Below the pieces are notes generated by a model. That model did no database searches. It was not told where the DNA came from and saw only the letters and a list, made by a program, of their open reading frames with translations. From Actinomycetota bacterium (lineage in GTDB: Bacteria; Actinomycetota; UBA4738; HRBIN12): DNA of 64,000 bases. The position numbers and the translations under genes are program-made. Location: the NCBI GenBank assembly GCA_040881665.1, contig JBBECT010000005.1:524138-588137 (forward strand), given 5' to 3'. Each line of letters starts with the position of its first letter. Position 1 is the first letter of the stretch. Shown piece after piece: positions 47,847 to 57,278 of the stretch.

Positions 47847-48848
47847 TCACTGGACGATCTCGAGGACCCCCCCGGACGCGTCGTCGGGGACCGTCGCCTT
47901 CGCCCGTGCGAGGGAGCCGCGCGCCTTGCCGAGCTGCGAGCGGAACTCGTCCGCCCCGTTCGCGACCATCGTCGCGCCGCGGACGATCTTGTTCTCGAGC
48001 GACACCTCGAGGAGGTCGAACACCGCTCCGAGCTCGGCCAGACATCCCTGAACGTCGCCGGCGTCCCCGTAGCGCTGGACGAGCGAATAGCAGAACAACA
48101 CGATGGGCAGCGCGGACGAATAGGGAACGATCACGACACCACGGGCGAACGCATCTGCGTGTGCGCGGCGAAGGACGTCGTAGGCTGCGTCGGGCACCGC
48201 CGCCACCGCGAGCGGGGCCGTCAGCGCCGGGTCGAGGTACTGGGCGACCTCGCGCGCGCGGGCGACGACCACTTTCTCGACCTCGCGAGCGAGCGCCTCA
48301 CGCTGGGCCGGATCGGTGGCGGCCTCGAGCGCCTCGAGCTCGGCGAGGGCCGACCATTTCGAGTCGATCGGCAGGCGACGGCCGTCGGGCAACAGCAGCC
48401 CGAACTCGACGATCTTGCCGTTGACCCGGAACTCGTTGACGAGCATGCCGGGCGGCAGTTCCGACAGGTGCTGGCGCAGGACGTTCTCACCCGCGCGACC
48501 CTTCGAGGCGCCGCCGGCGAGCACCGTCGAGAGCCGGCGGATCACGTCGGAGTCGAGCTGCTGCTGCGCCCGGCGGTGCTCGTCACGGACGCCGAGCTCG
48601 TGCACGGCCTCCCGGGCACCCTCGACCGCGTCGCGCAGACGCTGCGCGGTGTCGTCCCGACCCCGGGCATCGTCGGCGAGCCGACGCAGCTCTGCCGACT
48701 GCACCTCGAGCCGGGCTTCGAGCCGCGCGGTGGAACCGGCGTCCGCGGCGGCGCCTCCCGAACGAACGCGAAGGACCGCGACGAGACCCGCACCGATCGC
48801 GGCCCCAACGGCAAGTGCTACCACTCCGATCGCGATCGGACCCATCGC
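47847..48848 (-). CDS. rmuC: DNA recombination protein RmuC
   Basis: N-terminal TM and coiled-coil segments, then the RmuC nuclease-like C-terminus (...VVIVPYSSALPIVLF...). Start is the ATG at 48848. Confidence 0.8.
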   Translation of the reverse strand, partial: AMGPIAIGVVALAVGAAIGAGLVAVLRVRSGGAAADAGSTARLEARLEVQSAELRRLADDARGRDDTAQRLRDAVEGAREAVHELGVRDEHRRAQQQLDSDVIRRLSTVLAGGASKGRAGENVLRQHLSELPPGMLVNEFRVNGKIVEFGLLLPDGRRLPIDSKWSALAELEALEAATDPAQREALAREVEKVVVARAREVAQYLDPALTAPLAVAAVPDAAYDVLRRAHADAFARGVVIVPYSSALPIVLFCYSLVQRYGDAGDVQGCLAELGAVFDLLEVSLENKIVRGATMVANGADEFRSQLGKARGSLARAKATVPDDASGGVLEIVQ

Positions 48849-49038
48849 CACGCTCCTTCCCAGGCACGCGCCCCGGTCCCGGTCCGGGACGTCGCCTCGA
48901 CCGTAGCCCGGTGGACCGACATCCTCGTGCACGCCCGGCAGGGCGTCCGCGCGAGGTGCGTGGCTCGACTAGCCTTCGGTGGGCACACGCGTCGGACCCA
49001 CGAACACGCCGCCGGTTTGTCGGGCAGCCACCGAGGGA

Positions 49039-50012
49039 AGGAGCGCACGATGAAGAGCACCCGGATCGTGGTCGCCGCGTTCGGCGTCCTCGTGTTGCTG
49101 TCGTTCCCCGCCGTCGCGACTGCACAGGTCTCACCCGAACCCCTTCCCTCCGACACCGACACCGACATCGCCTACGACGAGAACACCCAGGTCGTCCTGA
49201 ACGGACGCGTCCTGGTCGGCCCGGACGACCTCGTCAGCGGCGTGGTGCTGTTCAACGGGACCGCCCAGATCGACGGGACGGTGAACGGCGATGTCGTCGT
49301 CTTCAACGGCGACACCCGGATCACCGGGCTCGTGGAGGGATCCGTCACCGTCTTCAGCGGTCGTGTACAGCTCACCGACGGGGCCCGCGTCACCGGCGAC
49401 CTCGTCACCGGGGAGACGCCGGCCGTCGATCCCGGCGCGACCGTGGAAGGACGGACCACGGGCATCGACCTCGAGGGAACGCAGGTCGGGCTCGCGATCG
49501 CGTCGAAGATCGTGCTCTGGATCGCGGCCTCCGCCTCGATCCTGTTGGTCGGCATCCTGCTCTTGGCCTTCGTTCCTCGCGGGATGACACGCCTTCCCGC
49601 AGCGTTCCGTTCCACGACCGGCGCGACGTTCGCCTGGGGTGCGGCGCTGTTCGTGGGACTTCCGATCCTCGGCGGGTTGGCCGTCGTCACGCTCGTGGGC
49701 ATCCCGTTCGCGGTCGGGTTGTTCCTCGCCCTCTTCGCGATCTACGCGATCGGCTACACCGTCGCCACCTACGTGGTGGGTCGCCTGTTCGTGAAGGAAC
49801 CGCGCTCGCGGTTCCTCGCCTTGCTCGTCGGGTGGATCGTCGTGCGGCTGATCGCCTTGGTTCCCATCCTCGGCGGGATCGCGTGGCTCGTCCTGACGAT
49901 CGTGGGGCTGGGGGTCATCGCGGTCGCGGCCCGCAACGCCGAGCGGGAGCCGGCCTCATCGACCGCCGATCTCGGCCCCGCTCCGCCACCGCCCCCGCCG
50001 TTGCCTACCTAG
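49039..50012 (+). CDS. Signal-peptide protein with a bactofilin-like beta-helical repeat domain fused to a polytopic membrane domain and Pro-rich tail
   Basis: GGAGG-type RBS and signal peptide. It has repeated short V/G-rich beta-helical rungs (GVVLFNGTAQIDGTVNGDVVVFNGDTRITGLVEGSVTVFSGRVQLTDGARVTGDLV), then about 5 TM helices, then APPPPPPLPT. Confidence 0.65.
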
Positions 50013-50052
50013 GAGCCGTCGTCGGGGATCGTTCGCCTGTAGCCTCGGTTCG

Positions 50053-50934
50053 ATGCTCGACTATCACCTCCATCTTTGGGAACACGGCAGGCAACCGGCG
50101 AACGTGACGGCGGAACGGCTCGCCGCGTATTGGGAGCGAGCGCAGCAGGCCGGGGTGACCGAGATCGCGGTGACCGAGCACTCCTCCCGATTCGTCGAGA
50201 TCAGCGACGCGGTGGGGCGGTTCTGGGAGGACGATCCCGACTCCCCGGCGGCGTTCCACGACCCCTTCGCCCGCGCGTGGGACGAGGAGGGGAAGATCTC
50301 GCTCGATACCTACGTCGAGGCGGCGCTGGAAGCCAAACGTGCCGGCGTGCCGATCGTTCTCGGGCTCGAGGTCGACCTGTTCGAGGGGAAGATGGACAGG
50401 GTCGCATCGGTGCTCGATCACTACCCGTTCGACGTGCTGCTCGGATCCGTCCACTGGCTCGGGGCGTGGTGCTATGACGACCCCGACCTCTCACCCGCCT
50501 ATGAGCGGGAATGGAACGTCCGCGGGATCGAACGCGCGTGGGACGAGTACTCCCGCGGGATCGAAGAGATCGCCGCGTCGGGCGCGATCGACGTTCTCGC
50601 GCACGCGGACTACATCAAGACATCCGGCCACCCTCGCCCCGCGATCCCCGACGAGTTCTACGACCGGATCGCCGAGGCCGCGGCATCCTCGGGCATCGCC
50701 ACGGAGGTGTCGTCGTCCGCCTACGAGTACGTGGACGAACCGTATCCGGCGCCACCGCTGCTCGCCCGATTCCGGGATCGCGGTGTGCCCGTCACCACCG
50801 CGTCGGACGCCCACGACCTCCCCGACGTCGCGCATCGCGCCGACGACCTTCGCAAGGTGCTCGATGACGCCGGCTATACGGAGCTCGTCGGGTTCCGGGA
50901 ACGTCGGCCCCACCCCCATCCGATCTCTCGCTGA
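50053..50934 (+). CDS. hisK: Histidinol-phosphate phosphatase, PHP family (HisK/HisJ type)
   Basis: PHP motifs (YHLHLWEHG, TEHS, HADY). Confidence 0.8.
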   Translation: MLDYHLHLWEHGRQPANVTAERLAAYWERAQQAGVTEIAVTEHSSRFVEISDAVGRFWEDDPDSPAAFHDPFARAWDEEGKISLDTYVEAALEAKRAGVPIVLGLEVDLFEGKMDRVASVLDHYPFDVLLGSVHWLGAWCYDDPDLSPAYEREWNVRGIERAWDEYSRGIEEIAASGAIDVLAHADYIKTSGHPRPAIPDEFYDRIAEAAASSGIATEVSSSAYEYVDEPYPAPPLLARFRDRGVPVTTASDAHDLPDVAHRADDLRKVLDDAGYTELVGFRERRPHPHPISR

Positions 50935-51217
50935 GCGGGGCCGAAGCGTGGCACGATGGCACTCGGAGGGCTCGGCGATCCGGTACGAACGGGGGCGCGC
51001 CTTGCTGCACGAGCGGCGCGGGGAGATCGACGTCGCGGCGATGCGGGAGCTCTTGTCGGACCACGAGACGTCGCCGTCCCTGTGCCGGCACGCGACCGAA
51101 AGCGACCGAACGAGCAAGACGGTGTTCTGGGTGGTCGCAGACATCACCGACCGCCGAGTCCGGTTCGGACGCGGCAATCCCTGCGACTCCCGCGAACAGA
51201 CCTACGCGTTCGCCTGA
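50935..51217 (+). pseudogene. C-terminal remnant of a C45-family peptidase / acyl-CoA:6-APA acyltransferase-like gene
   Basis: The frame following hisK reads ...RALLHERRGEIDVAAMRELLSDHETSPSLCRHATESDRTSKTVFWVVADITDRRVRFGRGNPCDSREQTYAF*. This matches the conserved C-terminal ~85 aa of C45 peptidases (…ICRH…T…SVV…DL…). It has no N-terminal domains and no plausible start. Confidence 0.45.
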
Positions 51218-51242
51218 ACGGCTCCCACGCCTAAGAACGAGC

Positions 51243-52442
51243 TCACCCGCGGCCGAGCTCTCCCGCGACGACCCGCCCGGCCTGCAGGACCAGGGCAGGC
51301 TGGAGGATCGTCGTGACCTCCTCCAGCGGCTCACCCTCGTAGACGACGATGTCGGCGAGCATTCCCGGCGCGATCGAGCCGACACGATCGTCGATCCGCA
51401 GCAGCTTCGCGGCGGCCGACGTCGCCGCCCGCATCGCCTTCAGAGGCGTCATCCCCCACTCCACCATCCGCACGATCTCGTGAGGTGCGTTGCCGTGGGG
51501 ATTGTGCGGGGTGCCCGCATCGGTCCCGAGGGCCACCCGCACTCCCGCGCGCATCACGCGACGGAATGACTCCTGCGCCTGATCGACGACCGACCGGGCT
51601 TTCTCGACGGCATACGCGGGAACCGACTCCGGGTGCGTCGCGATGCCGAGCAACGCGGAGAGCGTCGGGACCGTGAAGGTGCCGGCCTCCTTCATGCGTT
51701 TCGCCGTGGCGGCGTCGATCAGCGCGCCGTGCTCGATCGAGTCCACACCCGCCTCGACCGCTCCCGCCGTTCCGTGGTAGCCGATCGAATGCGCCGCGAC
51801 GACGCGCCCCCACTTGTGCGCCTCTTCGACGGCGGCCCGGAGCTCGTCGACGTCGAAGGCGGTGAACTCCAGGCCGATCCCCGGCGTGAGCACACCGCCC
51901 GTGGCGACCAGCTTGATCGCGGTGGCACCGGCACGGATCTCCTCGCGCACGGCCTTACGCAAGGCCTCGGGACCGTCGACCTCCCGGGCGAACGCGACGT
52001 TGTGCCCGTGTCCGCCGGTGACCGTGAGGGCGTGGCCGGCGGCCAGCGTGCGCGGCCCCGGAACGAGCCCGGCGGAGATCGCCTTCGCGAGGTCCGGCAC
52101 GACGTTGTAGGGACCCCCGAGATCGCGGACCGTCGTGACCCCGTGCGCCAGCTGCCGCGCGGCGTTGTTGACCGCCTTGATCGTCGCGAGTGCCGGGGTG
52201 AGGTCGGCTGCTTCGCCCGCGAAATCCGGCGTGCCGTCGAAGGTCAGGTGCACGTGGCAGTCGATCAGCCCGGGTGTCAGGGTCCTTCCCTCGCCAGGTT
52301 CGGTGTGCGCCGCAGCCGCCGCTTTCGGAGCGCGGCCACGCGGACCGACCCACTCGATGCGATCCTCGGAGATCAGGACCCCGCAGTTGGATCTCAGCGT
52401 CCGCCCGTCGAAGAGCGTGACACCGTCCAGGAAGAGCTCCAT
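51243..52442 (-). CDS. Metal-dependent amidohydrolase (imidazolonepropionase / Xaa-Pro dipeptidase-like)
   Basis: HxH (CHVHL) in the N-terminal metal site, with downstream His/Asp ligands in amidohydrolase order. Confidence 0.8.
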   Translation of the reverse strand: MELFLDGVTLFDGRTLRSNCGVLISEDRIEWVGPRGRAPKAAAAAHTEPGEGRTLTPGLIDCHVHLTFDGTPDFAGEAADLTPALATIKAVNNAARQLAHGVTTVRDLGGPYNVVPDLAKAISAGLVPGPRTLAAGHALTVTGGHGHNVAFAREVDGPEALRKAVREEIRAGATAIKLVATGGVLTPGIGLEFTAFDVDELRAAVEEAHKWGRVVAAHSIGYHGTAGAVEAGVDSIEHGALIDAATAKRMKEAGTFTVPTLSALLGIATHPESVPAYAVEKARSVVDQAQESFRRVMRAGVRVALGTDAGTPHNPHGNAPHEIVRMVEWGMTPLKAMRAATSAAAKLLRIDDRVGSIAPGMLADIVVYEGEPLEEVTTILQPALVLQAGRVVAGELGRG

Positions 52443-52814
52443 CTAGCTCGCCCAGGGCGGAACGGCTTCGGTGCCGTCGAGGCGCTGCATCACCGTTCCC
52501 ACCGGCATCGCGCAGTACAGCGCGGCCGTTCCGTCGGTCGCATAGCCATGGTGGAGCGCACCCGAGGGGATGATCGCGGTGTCTCCGGCCTGGAGCACGT
52601 GTTCTTCGTCGTCGATCACCTGGGTGAACGGCCCCGACAGCACATGGACGATCTCCTCGTGATCGTGCCGGTGCTTGGGCAGCTCGGCTCGCGGATGCAG
52701 GTCGAGCCGGTAGGTCGTCGAGTCCTTCGAGCCGCGTGCTGGCGCGGCGTAGCCGGTGACGTCGATGCCCGGCAGCTCGAACCCGGGAGCGTCGTCGGAG
52801 CGGATGATCGGCAC
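52443..52814 (-). CDS. Cupin-domain protein
   Basis: Cupin motifs (HRHDHEEIVHVLSG ... GALHHG). GTG start at 52814; abuts the amidohydrolase start. Confidence 0.6.
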   Translation of the reverse strand: MPIIRSDDAPGFELPGIDVTGYAAPARGSKDSTTYRLDLHPRAELPKHRHDHEEIVHVLSGPFTQVIDDEEHVLQAGDTAIIPSGALHHGYATDGTAALYCAMPVGTVMQRLDGTEAVPPWAS

Positions 52815-53031
52815 GGGTGCGTCCTCCTCGGTGCTCGTCGATGTGGACGGGCATCTTCCCACGAGCGCCCGGAACGCCGCCGCCTCGCAGCGGGCTCACC
52901 CGGCGCGGTGTGTGGGCCGAACGACCGATGTGACGGTCGGCCGGATTCCCCACCCAAGCGCAGGTCAGAGCGCTGATACCCTTTCGCCCCACGTGTGCCG
53001 TTCGCGTCTGCGCGACGGCGAGGAGGAGCCC

Positions 53032-54471
53032 GTGCTCGACGTCGCGAAACGGGCGGTGGATGCTGCCACCGCCGCCGGAGCCGACTACGCCGACGCGCGC
53101 GCGGGACGCGACGAGACCGAATCCCTCACGGTCCGCAACCAAGAGATGGAGGGCATCGACCGGCTGACCTCCTCGGGCGTGGGGATCCGGGTGCTCGTCG
53201 CCGGACGCTGGGGATTCGCCGCGACCGCACGCACCGATGCCGAGGAGATCGAACGCGCGGCCGCCCTCGCCGTCGAGCAAGCGCGCGCGGCCTCGCTCCT
53301 CCCCGCCGATCCCGTCGAGCTGTCCCCCGTCGAACCGGTCACCGACCACTGGCACGGGCCGTGCCAGGAGGACCCGTTCGACGTCCCGCTCGAGGAGAAG
53401 GTGGCTCTCTTGATGGAGGCGAGCCGCCGGATGCAGCAGGTGCGCGGCACGACCTTCGCTTCGGGCGTCCTGGACTTCTACCGACGCCGTACGTGCTTCG
53501 CATCCACCGACGGAGCGGCGATCGATCAGACCGTGACGCATTCGGGGGGCGGCATCGAGGCCACGGCGATCGCCGACGGGCAGGTCCAGCGACGGTCGTT
53601 CCCGAACTCGTTCCGCGGCCATTTGGCCGGGGCGGGCTACGAGCACGTCCGTTCACTCGGGCTGCTCTCCGAATCGGAGCGCACGGCGCACGAGGCGGTC
53701 GACCTCCTGACGGCGCCCTCTTGTCCCGACGAGGTCACGACCCTCGTGCTCGACTCCGGCCAGATGGAGTTGCAGGTCCACGAGTCGGTCGGCCACGCCG
53801 TCGAGCTCGATCGGGTGCTCGGGATGGAGGCGGCCTACGCCGGCACCTCGTTCGTCTCTCCCGGCGACCGCGGGAGGCTTCGGTACGCGAGCCCGCTCGT
53901 GTCGATCACGGCGGACGCCTCGCTCCGCGGCGGGCTCGGATCGTTCGCCTACGACGACGAAGGCGTGGCGGCGCATCGCACGCCGATCCTGGTCGACGGT
54001 GTGTTCCAGGAGTTCATCTCGAGCCGAGAAACCGCTCCGGCGATCGGTGAGGCGTCGAACGGAACGATGCGGGCGGACGGGTGGTCGAACCTGCCGCTGA
54101 TCCGGATGACGAACATCTCCCTCGAGCCGGGCCAGGGATCGCTCGCAGACATCATCGGGGACACGAAGGACGGGATCTACATGGCCACGAACAAGTCGTG
54201 GTCGATCGACGACAAGCGGGTGAACTTCCAATTCGGGTGTGAGATCGCCTGGCGGATCCGCAACGGCGTTATCGCCGAGCCGCTCCGCGATCCGACGTAC
54301 GCGGGGATCACGACCGAGTTCTGGAACTCGTGTGACGCGGTGGCGGGACCGGAGGAATGGACTGTGTGGGGAACGCCGAACTGCGGGAAGGGACAACCCG
54401 GGCAGGTCGCGCGCGTCGGACACGGCACGAGCCCCGCCCGGTTCCGCAACGTGCGTGCAGGGGTCCGCTGA
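53032..54471 (+). CDS. tldD: Metalloprotease TldD
   Basis: TldD/PmbA fold with the HESVGHAVE (HExxxH) motif. GTG start at 53032; the upstream part of the listed ORF is antisense to the cupin gene. Confidence 0.85.
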   Translation: MLDVAKRAVDAATAAGADYADARAGRDETESLTVRNQEMEGIDRLTSSGVGIRVLVAGRWGFAATARTDAEEIERAAALAVEQARAASLLPADPVELSPVEPVTDHWHGPCQEDPFDVPLEEKVALLMEASRRMQQVRGTTFASGVLDFYRRRTCFASTDGAAIDQTVTHSGGGIEATAIADGQVQRRSFPNSFRGHLAGAGYEHVRSLGLLSESERTAHEAVDLLTAPSCPDEVTTLVLDSGQMELQVHESVGHAVELDRVLGMEAAYAGTSFVSPGDRGRLRYASPLVSITADASLRGGLGSFAYDDEGVAAHRTPILVDGVFQEFISSRETAPAIGEASNGTMRADGWSNLPLIRMTNISLEPGQGSLADIIGDTKDGIYMATNKSWSIDDKRVNFQFGCEIAWRIRNGVIAEPLRDPTYAGITTEFWNSCDAVAGPEEWTVWGTPNCGKGQPGQVARVGHGTSPARFRNVRAGVR

Positions 54472-55808
54472 TGCCGGGCGCGATCGGGCGCGATGCGTTC
54501 CTGGAGATCGTCGGTCCTGCGCTCGAACTCGATCGCGTCGACGGGGTCGAGGCCCTCCTGCTGCACAGCTGGTCGGCGAACACCCGGTTCGCCTCGTCGC
54601 AGATCCACCAGAGCACGGCGCGGGAGGACACGAGCCTGCGGATCCGTATCGTGCGGGACGGACGTATCGGTGTCGCGGAGACGAACGAGGTAACCCGCGA
54701 CGGCGCGGTCGCCGCTGCGCGGAGCGCCCGAGAGATGACCGACGCGGTCGGTTCCGACCCCGCCTTCCCGGGGCTGGCCCCGGTGGCACCGATCCCCGAG
54801 CCCGCCCCGCTCGATACGACGACGGCGGAGGCGAGTCCCGCCTACCGAGCGGAAACCGTTGCCGCCGTCGTCGACCGGTGCGGAGCGGGGATGCACGCGG
54901 CCGGCGCCTACGAGACCGGGGCGATCGAGCTCGGACTCGCGAACACCGAGGGACAGGTGTGCTGGGCACCGCACACCCAGGCCGCACTCAACGTCGTCGT
55001 GACCGGTCCGAACGGCGGCAGCGGGTTCGCCGAGGCGATCGCACCGGGGATCGACGGGGTCGACGGCGCCGCGGCCGGTGCGCGAGCCGCGGGGAAGGCG
55101 GGCGCGAGCGCCGATCCGCAGCCGATCGATCCCGGCACCTACGAGGTCGTTCTCGAGCCGGCGGCCACCTCCACCCTCGTGGACTTCCTCGGCTTCATCG
55201 GGTTCGGTGGCCGGAGCCTGCTCGAGGGAGAGTCCTGCCTGTCGGGGAAAAAGGACACACAGGTCGCAGCCCCCTCGATCTCGATCGTCGACGATGCCAC
55301 CGATCCCGGGACGATCGGAGCGCCGTTCGACTTCGAGGGCGTTCCGAAGCGAAAGCTCGACCTGATCCGGGACGGGGTGTTCCGCCAGGGCGCCTACGAT
55401 CGGCGCACGGCGAAGCAGGCGGGAACGGTGTCGACCGGGCACGGCCTGCCGGCGCCGAACCCCGACGGCCCGCTCCCACTGCACCTGTGCCTCGAACCGG
55501 GTTCGTCGACCGTCGAGGAGATGATCGCCGCGACCGAGCGAGGCTTGCTCGTGACCAGGTTCCACTACACCAACGTCGTGAACGCGATCGCTTCGACGAT
55601 CACCGGCATGACGCGCGACGGAACCTTCCTGATCGAGAACGGCCGCGTCGTGGGTCCGGTCGCCAACCTCCGCTTCACCCAGTCGATCCTCGAAGCTCTG
55701 AGGGACACGAGCCTCGTCGGCACGCGTGCCGAGCTGTCGGGGGAGTTCTTCTTCGGGGTCAGCCGCGTGCCCGCGCTCAAGATCGACCGCTTCACGTTTT
55801 CTTCTTAG
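54471..55808 (+). CDS. pmbA: TldD-partner protease subunit PmbA/TldE
   Basis: TldD/PmbA family member without an HExxxH motif. Start codon overlaps the tldD stop by 1 nt. Confidence 0.85.
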   Translation: MPGAIGRDAFLEIVGPALELDRVDGVEALLLHSWSANTRFASSQIHQSTAREDTSLRIRIVRDGRIGVAETNEVTRDGAVAAARSAREMTDAVGSDPAFPGLAPVAPIPEPAPLDTTTAEASPAYRAETVAAVVDRCGAGMHAAGAYETGAIELGLANTEGQVCWAPHTQAALNVVVTGPNGGSGFAEAIAPGIDGVDGAAAGARAAGKAGASADPQPIDPGTYEVVLEPAATSTLVDFLGFIGFGGRSLLEGESCLSGKKDTQVAAPSISIVDDATDPGTIGAPFDFEGVPKRKLDLIRDGVFRQGAYDRRTAKQAGTVSTGHGLPAPNPDGPLPLHLCLEPGSSTVEEMIAATERGLLVTRFHYTNVVNAIASTITGMTRDGTFLIENGRVVGPVANLRFTQSILEALRDTSLVGTRAELSGEFFFGVSRVPALKIDRFTFSS

Positions 55809-56031
55809 CGCCCATCGAACGCGAACGAACCCGCATCGAGCTATGACCAGCATCGAGCCATGGGTCGTGGACACGATCGGCTCCCCGATTCGGAGGGTCC
55901 CGCTAACCCGATCTCGAGCCCTTCCGCTCCCCCTCCCTCGGCCGCACGCTGGGCCTGGGAAGCACCTGGCGGGACCTGGGGGCGGAGCGGTACGCTGAAC
56001 TCCTCAACTTCCCCGTCTCCGAGGAGGAAAG

Positions 56032-56490
56032 ATGCAGGTCGCAGAGGTCATGAAGGCGAACGTGGTTACGGCTCGCCCGGGAGATACCTTCGCCGACGTC
56101 GCCCGGCTGCTGCACGACAACCACATCTCGTCGGTCGTCGTTCTCGAGGGCGACGCGCTCGCCGGGATCGTGACCGAACGCGACCTGGTCAACGTCGTCT
56201 CCGAAGGCCTCGACCCGCGAACGATCGAGATCGGCAACCGCATGACGCGCGAGCTCGACACGGTGAACAGCAAGACCGACATCGGCGAGGTCGCGGAGCA
56301 CATGGCGAGGCTCCAGATCCGCCACCTGCCGGTGCTCGACCGCGGCGCGCTCGTGGGGATCGTGTCGATCCGCGACCTCACCACCTGGGCCGTCGAGGAG
56401 ATCTCCGGTGGCCACGAGCTCGCGGACCTGCACCGCAGCCACACGACCCTCTCGGCAGCGGCCAAGATCAACCGTTCGAGCGCCAGCTGA
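56032..56490 (+). CDS. CBS-domain pair protein
   Basis: Two CBS motifs (VMKANVVTARPGDTF...; HLPVLDRGALVGIVSIRDL). Strong GAGGAGG RBS. Confidence 0.8.
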   Translation: MQVAEVMKANVVTARPGDTFADVARLLHDNHISSVVVLEGDALAGIVTERDLVNVVSEGLDPRTIEIGNRMTRELDTVNSKTDIGEVAEHMARLQIRHLPVLDRGALVGIVSIRDLTTWAVEEISGGHELADLHRSHTTLSAAAKINRSSAS

Positions 56491-56564
56491 CGCGGTAGCG
56501 TCACGCGGCCGCCCCTCTGCTCCCCGGGCTCAGTCCGGCACCCGCGCATGCCGATAGCCATGAA

Positions 56565-57278
56565 GTGGACGAGGAGCGAACCGACGCATCGAACGTGGTG
56601 GCCTTCCCCGTCGGTCGCAGCGGCACACGGGCGCGCCGACGACCGGGAACGCCCGCCTCCGAGCCGGTGCAGGCACCGCTGGGACCCGAGCGCCGGGTGA
56701 GCGTGGTGGAGGTCGAGATCCGGGGAGCGGAGCGTCTCGGATCCCGTGTCCCCCCCGAACGCGCGCGGCGGGCGGTCGAGACCGCCGTCGATCGGGCGGC
56801 AGCGGCGCTCTTGGCGCGAGGAGCCGAGGATCTTCGGGTCGAAGGAACGTCAACGGCCCCGGTGCTCCTCGCGACCTTCGCGCAGACCGACCACGCCCGT
56901 CGCGCCGTCGCGACCGCGGTCGAGATCCGCGACCTCGTGCGGGCATCGGATCCGGCCGACGCGCCGGTCCAAGCGGGACACGGCCACGGACGCGAGCGCG
57001 AAGGCTTGGATGCGGCAACCGGGGTCCATACCGGAAGCGTCGTCGACCTCGCCGTCGGGGGCGTCTCGCCGGTGCCGTTCCGCGCCGTCGGGATCCTCCA
57101 CGCGCTCAGCTCACGCCTCGCGGCGGACGCCGGGCCCGGCCAGATCCTGCTCTCCGCGGACGCACTCGGCCACGTGACCCAAGACGCGTCCGTCCACGCC
57201 GAGGGAACGATCGAGCTGAACATCCACGGCGAGCGTCGCGAGACGTTCTGCCTACTGGGGTTCGCCGCGAGCGAGTGA
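56565..57278 (+). CDS. Degenerate class III cyclase-homology-domain (pseudo-cyclase) protein
   Basis: Lines up with the CHD of the 25178 cyclase (VSVVEVEIRG ~ VLFTDIVGST; ATGVHTGSVVD ~ AGCHTGEVE; FRAVGILHALSSRLAADAGPGQILLS ~ GIAVHIGARVAALAGPNEVLVS). The metal-binding Asp residues are substituted. Confidence 0.6.
   Translation: MDEERTDASNVVAFPVGRSGTRARRRPGTPASEPVQAPLGPERRVSVVEVEIRGAERLGSRVPPERARRAVETAVDRAAAALLARGAEDLRVEGTSTAPVLLATFAQTDHARRAVATAVEIRDLVRASDPADAPVQAGHGHGREREGLDAATGVHTGSVVDLAVGGVSPVPFRAVGILHALSSRLAADAGPGQILLSADALGHVTQDASVHAEGTIELNIHGERRETFCLLGFAASE

Noticed and set aside
47697-49038. N-terminal 450 codons of the 771-aa ORF 47697..50012
   Set aside because: This part is antisense to rmuC. 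Only the C-terminal part from the ATG at 49039 (RBS, signal peptide) is a real gene.
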